Shown here: piece by piece, positions 9,074 to 18,053 of the stretch
Layout of the letters: every line of letters begins with the position of its first letter
How positions within the stretch are numbered: position 1 is the first letter of the stretch
Origin: an uncultured Erysipelotrichaceae bacterium
GTDB lineage: Bacteria; Bacillota_I; Bacilli_A; Erysipelotrichales; Erysipelotrichaceae
Direction: 5' to 3'
Assembly: GCA_964457525.1 (NCBI GenBank)
Contig: CAYWGS010000002.1
Location: 3,514-35,513 of the forward strand
Length of the DNA: 32,000 bases
The notes under the pieces: generated by a model
Told to the model about the DNA's origin: nothing
The model's database searches: none
Seen by the model: only the letters and a program-made list of their open reading frames with translations
Translations under genes and position numbers: made by a program

Positions 9074-9093
9074 ATATTTACCTCTTTCACATT

Positions 9094-9102
9094 ATTTTAT
9101 CA
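9094..9102 (-). promoter_or_regulatory. Possible extended -10 promoter element for pepV
   Basis: Minus strand reads TGATAAAAT (TGn + TAAAAT) about 20 nt upstream of the pepV ATG and just downstream of the pnp terminator. No good -35. Confidence 0.35.
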
Positions 9103-9143
9103 TATAATCGGATCATCTTTTTCACAGACTAATCATTTGTTTC

Positions 9144-9171
9144 AGAAAAAAGATCCGAATTAATCGGATCT
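9144..9171 (-). terminator. Intrinsic terminator of pnp
   Basis: 8-bp perfect stem AGAUCCGA/UCGGAUCU (9151-9158 pairs with 9164-9171) with a 5-nt loop, followed on the minus strand by UUUUUCU. The pnp TAA stop (9162-9160) lies in the loop. Confidence 0.8.
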
Positions 9172-11334
9172 CTTCTTGTTATAACTTGGTTTAGGTCTAC
9201 GTTCAGCTTGAGGCTTTTCAACATAACCTTCAGGCTTAGGTAATAAATCCTTACGAGAAACGTTAACACGTCCCTTTTCATCCACTTCAGTAACGATAAC
9301 TTGAACGACTTCACCCATCTTTAAGACATCGCTTGGTTTTTCAACTCGTTCATATGCAATCTTAGAGACATGAAGTAGTCCATCTGTACCAGGGAAGAGT
9401 TCAACGAATGCGCCAAATGCTTCTAAACGAACGACTTTCGCATCGTAGATTTCGCCTACTTTAGCACTGCGAACTAAGCTTTCAATCTTCGCTTTTGCTT
9501 TATTGATTGCGGCTTGGTCTTGGTGATAAATCAAGATACGACCATCGTCTTCGATATCAATCTTAACTTGGTCACAGTCCGCGATGATTTGATTAATAAT
9601 CTTACCACCTGCTCCAATGACATCACGAATCTTATCTGGTTGAATTTGTAGTTTCGCAATCTTAGGTGCATATTGACCCACTTCTGGACGAACTTCAGAG
9701 ATTGCCTCTAACATGTTTTCCATGATTTGGATACGACCTAATTTAGCTTGAGCTAATGCTTCTTCTAGAATTGCACGATTTAATCCAGCAATCTTAATGT
9801 CCATTTGTAAAGCTGTGATACCATCTTTCGTACCTGCTACCTTAAAGTCCATATCTCCGAAATGGTCTTCCATCCCTTGAATATCGGTTAATACAGTATA
9901 GTAATCACCATAGGTAACAAGACCCATCGCAATACCTGCAACTGGAGCCTTAATTGGAACACCTGCAGCCATGAGTGCCATAGTACCAGCACAGATCGAT
10001 GCTTGTGAAGATGAACCATTGGATTCAAGTGTTTCCGCAACTAAACGAATTGCATATGGGAATTCATTTTCTGAAGGTAATACTTGTAGTAATGCACGTT
10101 CACCTAATGCACCATGACCAATTTCACGACGTCCAGGAGATCCTGTACGACCTGTTTCTCCTACTGAATAAGGAGGGAAGTTATAGTGGTGCATGAAACG
10201 TTTGTATTCTACTTCTGTTAGGTCATCAATAATTTGATTGTCCCCTAAAGCACCTAAGGTACAAACAGATAGAACTTGTGTCTCACCACGTGTAAAGAGT
10301 GCACTACCATGTACTCTTGGTAATAAATCGATTTGACTATTTAAAGGACGTAATTCACTGATACCACGACCATCTGGACGAATCTTATCCACTGAAATTA
10401 AACGACGAACTTCAGTCGCAACAATCTCATGACAGATTTCTTTAACTTGTTTTAATGTTTTATTCTTAGTCGCGTCATTCGCATATTCCATTGCTTCAAA
10501 ATGCGCAACAGTTTCAGCTTCGATTTCATCAATCGTACCATAACGAACGAGTTTTTCTTTAATACGTACTGCTTCAACTAAACGTGCTTCCGCAAAATCC
10601 TTAACATTCTTAAGTAAAGCTTCATCATGCGCATAAAGCACAACTGTCATTTTTTCTTTACCAACTGCCTTCGCAATTTCCTCTTGGAACTCACATAATT
10701 TCTTAATGAACTCATGTCCAAACATCATTGCTTCAAGCATTGCTTCTTCACTAACTTCTTTAGCACCCGCTTCAACCATATTAATGGCATCTTTAGTACC
10801 AGCTACGGTTAAGTTAATGTCTGATTTTTCTAATTCTTCTTGAGTTGGATTAATAATGTATTCACCATTTACACGGCCAACCATAACACCAGCAATCGGT
10901 CCATTGAATGGAATATTGGATACACATAATGCAAGGGAAGCCCCAAACATCGCAGCCATATCCGGTGAACGATCATAATCAACAGATAATACGGTATTCA
11001 CAACTTGAACTTCATTTCGGAAACCTTCTGCGAATAATGGACGTAATGTACGATCAATTAAACGGGACGTTAATGTCGCATGTTCGCTTGGTCTACCTTC
11101 TCTTCTTAAAAAACCACCAGGAATCTTACCAACAGAATACAATTTTTCCTCAAACGATACGGTTAGCGGGAAAAAATCTGTATCCTTCGCCTGCTTACTT
11201 GCAGTCGCAGCGGATAGTACAACCGTGTCTTCATAACGAACAACAACTGATCCACCTGCTTGTTTGGCAATTTCTCCGGTTTCAACTGTTAGATTTCTTC
11301 CACAGAAATCTAGACTAAATACTTGTTTTGCCAT
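9160..11334 (-). CDS. pnp: Polyribonucleotide nucleotidyltransferase (PNPase)
   Basis: 724 aa. Duplicated RNase PH-like regions, a KH region ([15 protein letters not shown]) and a C-terminal S1 domain ([34 protein letters not shown]). Lies downstream of rpsO as usual. Confidence 0.96.
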   Translation of the reverse strand: MAKQVFSLDFCGRNLTVETGEIAKQAGGSVVVRYEDTVVLSAATASKQAKDTDFFPLTVSFEEKLYSVGKIPGGFLRREGRPSEHATLTSRLIDRTLRPLFAEGFRNEVQVVNTVLSVDYDRSPDMAAMFGASLALCVSNIPFNGPIAGVMVGRVNGEYIINPTQEELEKSDINLTVAGTKDAINMVEAGAKEVSEEAMLEAMMFGHEFIKKLCEFQEEIAKAVGKEKMTVVLYAHDEALLKNVKDFAEARLVEAVRIKEKLVRYGTIDEIEAETVAHFEAMEYANDATKNKTLKQVKEICHEIVATEVRRLISVDKIRPDGRGISELRPLNSQIDLLPRVHGSALFTRGETQVLSVCTLGALGDNQIIDDLTEVEYKRFMHHYNFPPYSVGETGRTGSPGRREIGHGALGERALLQVLPSENEFPYAIRLVAETLESNGSSSQASICAGTMALMAAGVPIKAPVAGIAMGLVTYGDYYTVLTDIQGMEDHFGDMDFKVAGTKDGITALQMDIKIAGLNRAILEEALAQAKLGRIQIMENMLEAISEVRPEVGQYAPKIAKLQIQPDKIRDVIGAGGKIINQIIADCDQVKIDIEDDGRILIYHQDQAAINKAKAKIESLVRSAKVGEIYDAKVVRLEAFGAFVELFPGTDGLLHVSKIAYERVEKPSDVLKMGEVVQVIVTEVDEKGRVNVSRKDLLPKPEGYVEKPQAERRPKPSYNKKRSD

Positions 11335-11360
11335 TTCTTTACCTCTTTTTTGACGTGAAT

Positions 11361-11369
11361 ATCATATCA
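11361..11369 (-). promoter_or_regulatory. Possible extended -10 element (internal pnp promoter)
   Basis: Minus strand reads TGATATGAT (TGn + TATGAT) between the rpsO terminator and the pnp RBS (AAGAGG). Confidence 0.3.
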
Positions 11370-11390
11370 TAGTCAGAAGATAAACTAAAC

Positions 11391-11415
11391 AATAAAAAAA
11401 CAAGCCGAAGCTTGT
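11391..11415 (-). terminator. Intrinsic terminator/attenuator between rpsO and pnp
   Basis: Minus strand: TAA-CAAGC-UUCG-GCUUG-UUUUUUUAUU. The stem ACAAGC/GCUUGU spans 11400-11415 with a UUCG tetraloop and a U-run. It begins at the last base of the rpsO stop codon. Confidence 0.8.
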
Positions 11416-11681
11416 TATTTTCTTAAACCTAAACGTTGAACGAGTTCACGGTAACGATTCAAATCTTCTTTACGAAGATAGTTCATCAAATTACGACGTG
11501 TACCAACCATCTTCATCAATCCGCGAGTTGAGTGATAATCTTTCTTGTGTTCTTTCAAGTGAACAGTCAAACGATTAATTTGAGCTGTTAATACTGCAAC
11601 TTGAACTTCAACAGAACCAGTGTCTCCTTCAAAACGAGCGTATTCTTTGATGATGCTTGTCTTTTCTGCTTTTGTTAACAT
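11415..11681 (-). CDS. rpsO: 30S ribosomal protein S15
   Basis: [69 protein letters not shown] is classic S15. Start set at ATG 11681 with an AAGGAGG RBS. The 24-codon upstream extension in the ORF track is not credible. Confidence 0.95.
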   Translation of the reverse strand: MLTKAEKTSIIKEYARFEGDTGSVEVQVAVLTAQINRLTVHLKEHKKDYHSTRGLMKMVGTRRNLMNYLRKEDLNRYRELVQRLGLRK

Positions 11682-11794
11682 TGTTTCATCCTCCTTTATT
11701 TCAGACCTTCTATACCGCGTAAACCGATGAGGAAATCGATAAACCCAGTACAAAAGCGTTGTTAATATATCATAGATTCATAAAATATGCAAAT

Positions 11795-11820
11795 AAAAAG
11801 GGTTAAATAAACCCTTTTGT
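11795..11820 (-). terminator. Probable (bidirectional-looking) terminator downstream of the DUF4332 gene
   Basis: Stem AAAAGGG/CCCUUUU (11796-11802 pairs with 11812-11818), 9-nt loop, U-rich on both strands. The stem is weak, with only 3 GC pairs. Confidence 0.5.
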
Positions 11821-11850
11821 TTTGGATGAATGAAAAACCAACTGAAACAT

Positions 11851-12255
11851 CTAGTAATTCAATACGCGTGGCAATTTACCCGCTTGATCAACCCAATCTT
11901 CAACTTGTTTAAGTGTTGGCATTTTACGTACCAATTTCTTTTCTTCATTCACTTCAACCATTCTTTTATGAAGATTTTCAGGTTTGCGTTGTGCGAGTTC
12001 TGGAACTGTATCAACACCAGCCGCTTCAAGTAAATCTGCATATTCGCTTCCTACACCACTAATACGATCTAAATCAGCACGATTAGCCCATTTCAAGATT
12101 AACTTTTCTGAAATTCCTGTCTTTTCAGCTAAGGCATCTCTTCCCTTTTTAGTTGCACATGCGTCTAGTAAGCCTTCGATACTCTTAATTCCAACTTCAT
12201 TCAATTTTAATTCGTACGCTTCACCAATTCCCTCAATCAAACTCAATTTAGCCAT
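11851..12255 (-). CDS. DUF4332-like protein with two helix-hairpin-helix motifs
   Basis: 134 aa. LIEGIGEAYELKLNEVGIKSIEGLL and LDRISGVGSEYADLLEAAGVDTVPELA are two HhH (GIG/GVG) units. The overall sequence resembles the DUF4332 family as I remember it. RBS GGGAGG upstream. Confidence 0.7.
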   Translation of the reverse strand: MAKLSLIEGIGEAYELKLNEVGIKSIEGLLDACATKKGRDALAEKTGISEKLILKWANRADLDRISGVGSEYADLLEAAGVDTVPELAQRKPENLHKRMVEVNEEKKLVRKMPTLKQVEDWVDQAGKLPRVLNY

Positions 12256-12301
12256 TGAATAGCCTCCCTTTTTGATATTGGTTCATCCATCCGTTATAAA
12301 A

Positions 12302-12868
12302 CTATTTCTTTAGGAAACCTCCTAATAGTTTACCTACATCATCCATCATATCGCCATCTCCATCACTATCCAATAAACCACTTAACATTCCCATCACATC
12401 ATTCCCTTGAGTCGCACCACCTAAAAGTGATCCTAAACTGGATAAATCAAATCCACCCTGTTTCTTACTCTTACCAAGTTGTCCTAAGAGTAATGGTGCT
12501 AACATTGTCAATAGTCCTGATACTTGAGAAATATCCAACCCTGTTTGTTTTGCTAGTCCGGATTCAACTGCACCTGATTTATTAGATAATAAATGACCTA
12601 AAATCTTAGCCCCATCTTGTGTATCAACTTTCTTTAAGAAACCACTAATATCATCCACATCATCATCTGCGTGTTGATCAAGTGCTTTTAGTAAAGAAGA
12701 AGCACCCTGTTCAGTCTTTGCGTTCTTATTCATTGCTTGTAGTAAAGTTGGTAATGCAAGACTTGCAAGTTGCTTAACTTGATCTGGTTTTGCATTTACT
12801 GACTTACTTAGGGTATCCACAACCCCTTTTTGACTTAATTGTGAGTTTAACAACTCTAGTATATCCAT
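12302..12868 (-). CDS. DUF937-like protein (YidB-like), Gly/Asp-rich C-terminus
   Basis: Start set at ATG 12868 (MDILELLNSQL...) with RBS AAGGTGA. Features LASLALPTLLQAM, an acidic HADDDVDD stretch, and the tail LLDSDGDGDMMDDVGKLLGGFLKK typical of DUF937 proteins as I recall them. Confidence 0.65.
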   Translation of the reverse strand: MDILELLNSQLSQKGVVDTLSKSVNAKPDQVKQLASLALPTLLQAMNKNAKTEQGASSLLKALDQHADDDVDDISGFLKKVDTQDGAKILGHLLSNKSGAVESGLAKQTGLDISQVSGLLTMLAPLLLGQLGKSKKQGGFDLSSLGSLLGGATQGNDVMGMLSGLLDSDGDGDMMDDVGKLLGGFLKK

Positions 12869-13000
12869 ATCATTCACCTTTTCTATCACAAAAAACACTT
12901 TTGAGCGCTAAATGTGACATATTATCCCTGATCTGGGTCCTTAATTTAATACTAGCACAATTCATTTAGTTGTGTTAATGCTTACACTTTATTTTCATTC

Positions 13001-13032
13001 AAAAAATAAAAAAAGCTATTTAATAATAGCTT
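13001..13032 (-). terminator. Intrinsic terminator of hemW
   Basis: 8-bp stem AAGCUAUU/AAUAGCUU (13013-13020 pairs with 13025-13032), 4-nt loop, followed on the minus strand by UUUUUUAUUUUUU. The first two stem bases are the last two bases of the hemW TAA. Confidence 0.75.
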
Positions 13033-14128
13033 AGTTCATAAATTCCACAAGGATCTCATGTAACAATCCATATCCATCATCAGTACATCTTAGATAACCA
13101 TCTTTGATTTCTAACCAATGATGTTGTAAACCTTTATCGATAGCGGTTCTAAATACGGTTTCGATATCTTGATTAAATCGTTCTTTGAAACGATTGAGTT
13201 CTATCCCTTTTCTAACTCTTAAGCCCATCATAACAAACTCAAACATCTCATCATCAACGCTTAAATCAATGATATTTCCATGGAATTTAAATTGACTGTA
13301 ATAGAGTAGATTCTTGGTATTCTCAATTCGTTTATGTTGATAAAGAGAAACAGCGCCAGGTCCTAATCCAATATAATCATCGTAGTTCCAGTAGTGTAAA
13401 TTATGCATAGATGGTTTCGATTTCGTAAAGTTACTGATTTCATAACGATAAAATCCATACTTCTTTAAAAAATCAATCGCAGTGAAATACATTTGTTCTT
13501 CGACTTCAGATTCGATCGGTTTAATTTTCATTCGACCAAATTCCGCATTCTCTTCAATTGTAAGAGCATAAAGTGAAATATGATCAATATCTAAACTTAG
13601 TGCTTGGTTTAAATTGTATTCCCATTTATCAAGGGTTTGTTTAGGAAGTGCATAGATTAAATCAATCGAAATATTGTTTATTCCCGCATCTCTTAAGATT
13701 TTAATTCCATCTCGAATCATTTGAATCGTATGCGCACGATGCATAAACACGAGTTCATCTTGATTGAAACTTTGTACCCCAAAACTCACACGATTAATCC
13801 CATACTTGACCATGAGTTGAGCTTTTTCAACCGTTAGACTTTCAGGATTAACTTCCATCGTATATTCTTTGACTTGATGAGAATAATCCTTAAGAATCTC
13901 GAAGAGAGTTGTTAGTTGATCACTGTTAAGTGCTGAAGGTGTGCCTCCACCGAGATAGATGGTCTCAAAATCAATATCGGGATATAACTTAACTTCTTGA
14001 GCTAAGGCATATAAATAATCTTCTATGAGTTTTGGATGAGTCACAACACGTGTGAAATCACAATAAGCACAGATAACATCGCAAAAAGGCACATGAACAT
14101 ACAGTGCCTTGGGTTTATTTGTCTTCAT
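13031..14128 (-). CDS. hemW: Radical SAM heme chaperone HemW (oxygen-independent coproporphyrinogen-III oxidase-like, HemN family)
   Basis: 365 aa. Radical-SAM CxxxCxxC (FCDVICAYCDF) and the YLGGGTPS motif. Conserved position downstream of lepA. Confidence 0.9.
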   Translation of the reverse strand: MKTNKPKALYVHVPFCDVICAYCDFTRVVTHPKLIEDYLYALAQEVKLYPDIDFETIYLGGGTPSALNSDQLTTLFEILKDYSHQVKEYTMEVNPESLTVEKAQLMVKYGINRVSFGVQSFNQDELVFMHRAHTIQMIRDGIKILRDAGINNISIDLIYALPKQTLDKWEYNLNQALSLDIDHISLYALTIEENAEFGRMKIKPIESEVEEQMYFTAIDFLKKYGFYRYEISNFTKSKPSMHNLHYWNYDDYIGLGPGAVSLYQHKRIENTKNLLYYSQFKFHGNIIDLSVDDEMFEFVMMGLRVRKGIELNRFKERFNQDIETVFRTAIDKGLQHHWLEIKDGYLRCTDDGYGLLHEILVEFMN

Positions 14129-14390
14129 ATTTTTGGTCCACTTCTATGAGTTTTGTTTGGATTAAGGTTTTAACATCTAAGTCTAAATCCATGGTGAGAG
14201 TTAACGCAACCATGAGCACATCCGATAATTCACCTTTAACTTGTTCTAGATCAAACTCATCCTCTAGGAAACACTCTAAAAGTTCAGCGGATTCAACACT
14301 TATTGATTTCGCTAATACATTGGGAGTATCTGTTTTATCCCAACCTTTTTTAACTCGAAAGGCTTGGATTAAATCAAAAATATCTTCCAT
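14115..14390 (-). CDS. Small MazG-like nucleoside triphosphate pyrophosphohydrolase-fold protein
   Basis: 91 aa, all-helical looking. ExxE...ExxD metal-binding pattern (VESAELLE ... GELSDVL). The ATG overlaps the lepA stop (TAATG), and its 3' end overlaps the hemW start by 14 nt. Confidence 0.6.
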   Translation of the reverse strand: MEDIFDLIQAFRVKKGWDKTDTPNVLAKSISVESAELLECFLEDEFDLEQVKGELSDVLMVALTLTMDLDLDVKTLIQTKLIEVDQKYEDK

Positions 14391-16189
14391 TATTCATCCA
14401 TTGAAAGAACAGCCATGAATGCTTCTTGTGGTACTTCAACAGAACCCACTTGTTTCATGCGTTTCTTCCCTTCTTTTTGTTTCTCTAAGAGTTTCTTCTT
14501 ACGTGAGACATCCCCACCATAACACTTCGCTAAGACATTCTTACGCAATGCTTTGATTTCACTACGAGCAATAATCTTATGATTAATCGCCGCTTGAATA
14601 GGAATTTCAAATTGTTGGCGTGGAATGAGTGTTCTTAATTTCTCAGTAATAATCTTTCCACGTTGATACGCAAATTCACGGTGAACAATGAGTGATAATG
14701 CATCGACTTGTTCAGAGTTAATCAAGATATCCATACGAACAAGATTACTTGCTTGATAACCAATGAATTCGTAGTCAAAGGATGCATACCCTTTTGTGGC
14801 TGATTTTAATTTATCAAAGAAATCATAAACAATTTCACCTAAAGGTAGTTCATAGACTAAACTATTACGAATTGGATCGATATAGATTAAATCTTTATAG
14901 ATCCCACGTTTCTTTTGAGCAATCTCCATAACCGCTCCAATGTATTCCTTTGGAACCATGATGGTTGCCTTTACATATGGCTCTTCCATACGCTCAATGC
15001 GTTGAACATCCGGAAGTAAAGCAGGGTTATCCACCACAACCATTGAACCATCCGTTAAATAAACATGATAAACAACTGATGGAGCAGTCGCAATTAGAGT
15101 TAAGTTATATTCTCTCTCTAAACGTTCTTGAACTACATCCATATGCAATAGGCCTAAGAATCCACATCTAAATCCAAAGCCTAATGCTTGAGATGTTTCA
15201 GCTTCATATTTTAGAGATGCATCATTGAGTTGTAACTTCTCAAGAGCTTCACGTAAATCATTGTATCGATTCGCATCGACAGGATAGAGTCCACAGAAAA
15301 CCATGGAATTTAGGATACGATAACCCGCTAGAGGTTCAGTCGCGGGATTGGTGGATAACGTAATGGTATCCCCTACATGCACATCCTTAACCGATTTAAT
15401 ACTTGCGGCAATCCAACCTACTTCACCGCATTCTAAACGATCTTTTTTAATTTCTTTTGGTGTACGTATGCCAAGTTCTGTCACTAAATAGGTTGCGCCA
15501 GTTGCCATAAAGTGAATACTATCACCGACTTTAACACTACCATCTTTAATACGTACATAACAGATAACACCACGATAGGTATCGTAAATAGAATCAAACA
15601 CTAATGCTTTAAGCGGACCATTTGGATTGCCTTTTGGAGCTGGCACATGTTTTACGACTTGTTCTAAGACATCACGAACATTGAGTCCACTCTTAGCACT
15701 GATAAGTGGTGCTTCAGAGGCATCGAGTCCAATAAAGTTTTCAATTTCTTGACGAACCACTTCAGGCTGTGCTGCAGGTAGATCGATTTTATTAATGACA
15801 GGTAATATTTCTAAATTATTATCGAGTGCTAAGTAGACATTCGCTAAAGTTTGAGCTTCAATCCCTTGAGCCGCATCCACTACTAAAACAGCACCTTCAC
15901 ACGCTGCTAAAGAACGTGAGACTTCATAGGTAAAGTCGACATGCCCTGGTGTATCAATAAGATGAAGTGTATACGTTTCTCCATTTAGGGCAGTATATTG
16001 TAGCTGTACTGCATTAAGTTTAATTGTGATACCTCGTTCACGTTCTAAATCTAAGGTATCTAATATTTGTGCCATCATTTCACGTTCTTGAAGTGTTTCA
16101 GTCATTTCAAGGATACGGTCTGCCAGGGTTGATTTACCGTGGTCAATATGGGCAATAATGGAAAAATTTCGAATATGTGATTGATCCAT
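14390..16189 (-). CDS. lepA: Elongation factor 4 (LepA)
   Basis: 599 aa. GTPase motifs [17 protein letters not shown] and NKID. LepA C-terminal region ...[25 protein letters not shown]. Confidence 0.97.
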   Translation of the reverse strand: MDQSHIRNFSIIAHIDHGKSTLADRILEMTETLQEREMMAQILDTLDLERERGITIKLNAVQLQYTALNGETYTLHLIDTPGHVDFTYEVSRSLAACEGAVLVVDAAQGIEAQTLANVYLALDNNLEILPVINKIDLPAAQPEVVRQEIENFIGLDASEAPLISAKSGLNVRDVLEQVVKHVPAPKGNPNGPLKALVFDSIYDTYRGVICYVRIKDGSVKVGDSIHFMATGATYLVTELGIRTPKEIKKDRLECGEVGWIAASIKSVKDVHVGDTITLSTNPATEPLAGYRILNSMVFCGLYPVDANRYNDLREALEKLQLNDASLKYEAETSQALGFGFRCGFLGLLHMDVVQERLEREYNLTLIATAPSVVYHVYLTDGSMVVVDNPALLPDVQRIERMEEPYVKATIMVPKEYIGAVMEIAQKKRGIYKDLIYIDPIRNSLVYELPLGEIVYDFFDKLKSATKGYASFDYEFIGYQASNLVRMDILINSEQVDALSLIVHREFAYQRGKIITEKLRTLIPRQQFEIPIQAAINHKIIARSEIKALRKNVLAKCYGGDVSRKKKLLEKQKEGKKRMKQVGSVEVPQEAFMAVLSMDE

Positions 16190-16202
16190 GGTGTTCCCTT
16201 TC

Positions 16203-16682
16203 TTATACGGAGTATATTTTCTTTAATCGAATTAACAATGGTTGTAGTGCAAAGGCTAAACTACCACACACTAAACCTTGAAAAATATTATAGGAGAAGG
16301 AAGCCACAAAAATGGTCATCTCTCCTGTTAATAACACATCAGTTAAACCATATCCAATCGCCATCCAAACTCCTGCAAATAAGTAAGCCCATAAAGGCGC
16401 ATTACCCTTTTTAAGCGCTAGATATGCGATGATTCCTGCTTCAATACCCTTAATAATTAAAGTGAAGATTGCGTATTGTCCATACCCTAATAATAGATCC
16501 GCAAGTGCAGCTCCTACCCCACCTAAAAGTGCATACGGTAAACCTAGGACAAAGCCCATACCCATAACTAATACATCTCCAAAGTTAAGATAACCTTGAA
16601 AGATATTGATTGAAGAGCCCATCGTTAATAAAGCGACCCCAGCAATAAAGACAGATATAAGTGCAATTTGCTTAACTTTCAT
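16203..16682 (-). CDS. Small polytopic membrane protein, ECF-transporter S-component-like (substrate unknown)
   Basis: About 159 aa with 5-6 predicted TM helices. The motif [15 protein letters not shown]...[30 protein letters not shown] resembles the S components of ECF transporters (DUF1393/ECF-ribofla_trS-like) as I recall them. First ATG at 16682 (the track start at 16691 is TTG). It overlaps the fmt 3' end. No clear SD. Confidence 0.5.
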   Translation of the reverse strand: MKVKQIALISVFIAGVALLTMGSSINIFQGYLNFGDVLVMGMGFVLGLPYALLGGVGAALADLLLGYGQYAIFTLIIKGIEAGIIAYLALKKGNAPLWAYLFAGVWMAIGYGLTDVLLTGEMTIFVASFSYNIFQGLVCGSLAFALQPLLIRLKKIYSV

Positions 16683-17616
16683 ATGTATCAAATGAATGAT
16701 TGACCCATTGTTTACCCATGCCTTGATAAAAGGCTTGAGCGGTCATTCGATTCTTCCCTTCTACTTGTAATTCATGGATTAGGACTACTCCATCTAACAC
16801 TTTAATCGCAAGTCCATCATTAAATAAACCAAGTACTGTCCCAACCTTTGCGTCAGAAGTAATATCTGATTTACTTGCTTTAAATAGTTTAACTTTCTTA
16901 TTTTCAAATACAGAATGTGCTACTGGCCATGGATTTAATCCTCGTATATGGTTAAGTACATTTCTCATCGAATTATTGAAGTTCACAAACTCTTCTTCAG
17001 ATGTAATATTGTAAGAAAAAGTTACAAGTGATTCATCCTGTGGGATTGTTTTCAAATCTGGATTGAATAATTCAGATAAATATTTAAGAATCATTTCAGA
17101 CCCTAAAATTTGAAGACGATCATGAAGAGTTCCAAAATCATCTTCTTCATGAATTGGGCAAGATTCTTGGAAAATAATATCCCCCGCATCCATCTTCTTA
17201 ACCATACGCATAATCGTAATACCAGACTCTGTTTCACCATTAATAATGGCCTTATGAATCGGTGCTCCACCACGATATTTAGGAAGTAAAGATGCATGAA
17301 TATTAACTGACCCAAAGCGTGGCGTATTTAAGATACTTTCAGGGATAAACTGCCCATAAGCACAGGTTACGATGAGATCTAAATCAAGTGCTTTAAGATC
17401 TTCTAAACTCTCTTTTATTTTTTCTGGTTGTAGAACTGGAATACCCAAATTTAACGCTTTTTCCTTAACTGGAGTTGCTTGTAAAATCTGTTTACGTCCT
17501 ACCTTTTTATCGGGTTGTGATACAACTGCCACCACTTCCACATCACTTTGTACAAGAGCGTCCAAGATGGCTACTGCAAATTGGGGTGTGCCCATAAAAC
17601 AAACTCGTTTTTTCAT
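16672..17616 (-). CDS. fmt: Methionyl-tRNA formyltransferase
   Basis: Start set at ATG 17616 (MKKRVCFMGTPQFAV) with a GGAGG RBS. Signature NIHASLLPKYRGGAPI. Confidence 0.93.
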   Translation of the reverse strand: MKKRVCFMGTPQFAVAILDALVQSDVEVVAVVSQPDKKVGRKQILQATPVKEKALNLGIPVLQPEKIKESLEDLKALDLDLIVTCAYGQFIPESILNTPRFGSVNIHASLLPKYRGGAPIHKAIINGETESGITIMRMVKKMDAGDIIFQESCPIHEEDDFGTLHDRLQILGSEMILKYLSELFNPDLKTIPQDESLVTFSYNITSEEEFVNFNNSMRNVLNHIRGLNPWPVAHSVFENKKVKLFKASKSDITSDAKVGTVLGLFNDGLAIKVLDGVVLIHELQVEGKNRMTAQAFYQGMGKQWVNHSFDTYES

Positions 17617-17637
17617 CTTTTTCCTCCTTGCTTGCAT

Positions 17638-17646
17638 ATTATAGCA
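17638..17646 (-). promoter_or_regulatory. Extended -10 promoter element for fmt
   Basis: Minus strand reads TGCTATAAT (TGn + consensus TATAAT) about 20 nt upstream of the fmt ATG. The -35 is poor. Confidence 0.5.
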
Positions 17647-17674
17647 TAGTTTCTTAATAATTCACTCACACACT

Positions 17675-17703
17675 TGCAAAGGGTCTGGTTCTTTGCTATA
17701 ATG
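17675..17703 (+). promoter_or_regulatory. Sigma-A promoter of rpsT
   Basis: TTGCAA (17675-17680), 17 nt spacer, TGCTATAAT (17695-17703: TG, c, then TATAAT 17698-17703). Followed by RBS AAAGGAGGTG and ATG 17733. Confidence 0.8.
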
Positions 17704-17732
17704 CATAAGGTCTATTAAAAGGAGGTGCACGC

Positions 17733-17996
17733 ATGCCACAAATTAAATCGCAAAAGAAACGCGCATTAACAAATCTTAAACGTAGCACCGCAGTTACATC
17801 TGAAAAATCCGCATTAAAAACCGCCATCAAAAATGTCTTAAAAGCTGTAGTAGCTAAAGACGCAGATGCAGCTAAAGCCGCATATGATTTGGCTAATTCT
17901 CGTTTGGATAAATCAGTTACTAGCGGTATTCATCATAAGAACTACGCTGCTCGTCAAAAAGCAAGATTGTCCAAAGCAATTAACTCTTTAAACTAA
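17733..17996 (+). CDS. rpsT: 30S ribosomal protein S20
   Basis: 87 aa. MPQIKSQKKRALTNLKRSTAVTSEKSALKTAIK... is a typical basic S20 sequence. Confidence 0.95.
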   Translation: MPQIKSQKKRALTNLKRSTAVTSEKSALKTAIKNVLKAVVAKDADAAKAAYDLANSRLDKSVTSGIHHKNYAARQKARLSKAINSLN

Positions 17997-18020
17997 CAAT
18001 CCAATTGGATTGTTTTTTTA
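17997..18020 (+). terminator. Intrinsic terminator of rpsT
   Basis: Perfect palindrome CAATCCAATTGGATTG (17997-18012) immediately after the TAA, followed by TTTTTTT. Confidence 0.8.
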
Positions 18021-18053
18021 TGCCTAAACAAAAGCCACTCATTTGAATGGCTT
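18021..18053 (-). terminator. Probable terminator of the holA-sdaA transcript
   Basis: Minus strand: TAAGCCAUUCAAAUGAGUGGCUUUUGUUU. Stem AAGCCA/UGGCUU (18053-18048 pairs with 18037-18032), 10-nt loop, U-rich tail. It starts inside the stop codon. Confidence 0.55.

Noticed and set aside
10908-11318. 136-aa plus-strand ORF inside pnp (also 9999-10196 and 9129-9314)
   Set aside because: They are antisense or out of frame within the highly conserved PNPase gene, with no start context or recognisable motifs.
11682-11753. N-terminal extension of rpsO (track start 11753); similarly the trpS extension to 29771, fmt to 17637, M42 to 7094, DUF948 to 3249 and ireB to 25860
   Set aside because: In each case an internal ATG has a strong GGAGG-type RBS at proper spacing and matches the canonical family N-terminus. 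The upstream extensions run through leaders or neighbouring genes.
12898-12915. AGCGCT-centred pseudo-palindrome in the DUF937 leader, considered as a cre/LacI-type operator for the CcpA-like regulator
   Set aside because: Only the 6-bp core is palindromic. The flanks lack the TG...CA arms of the cre consensus.
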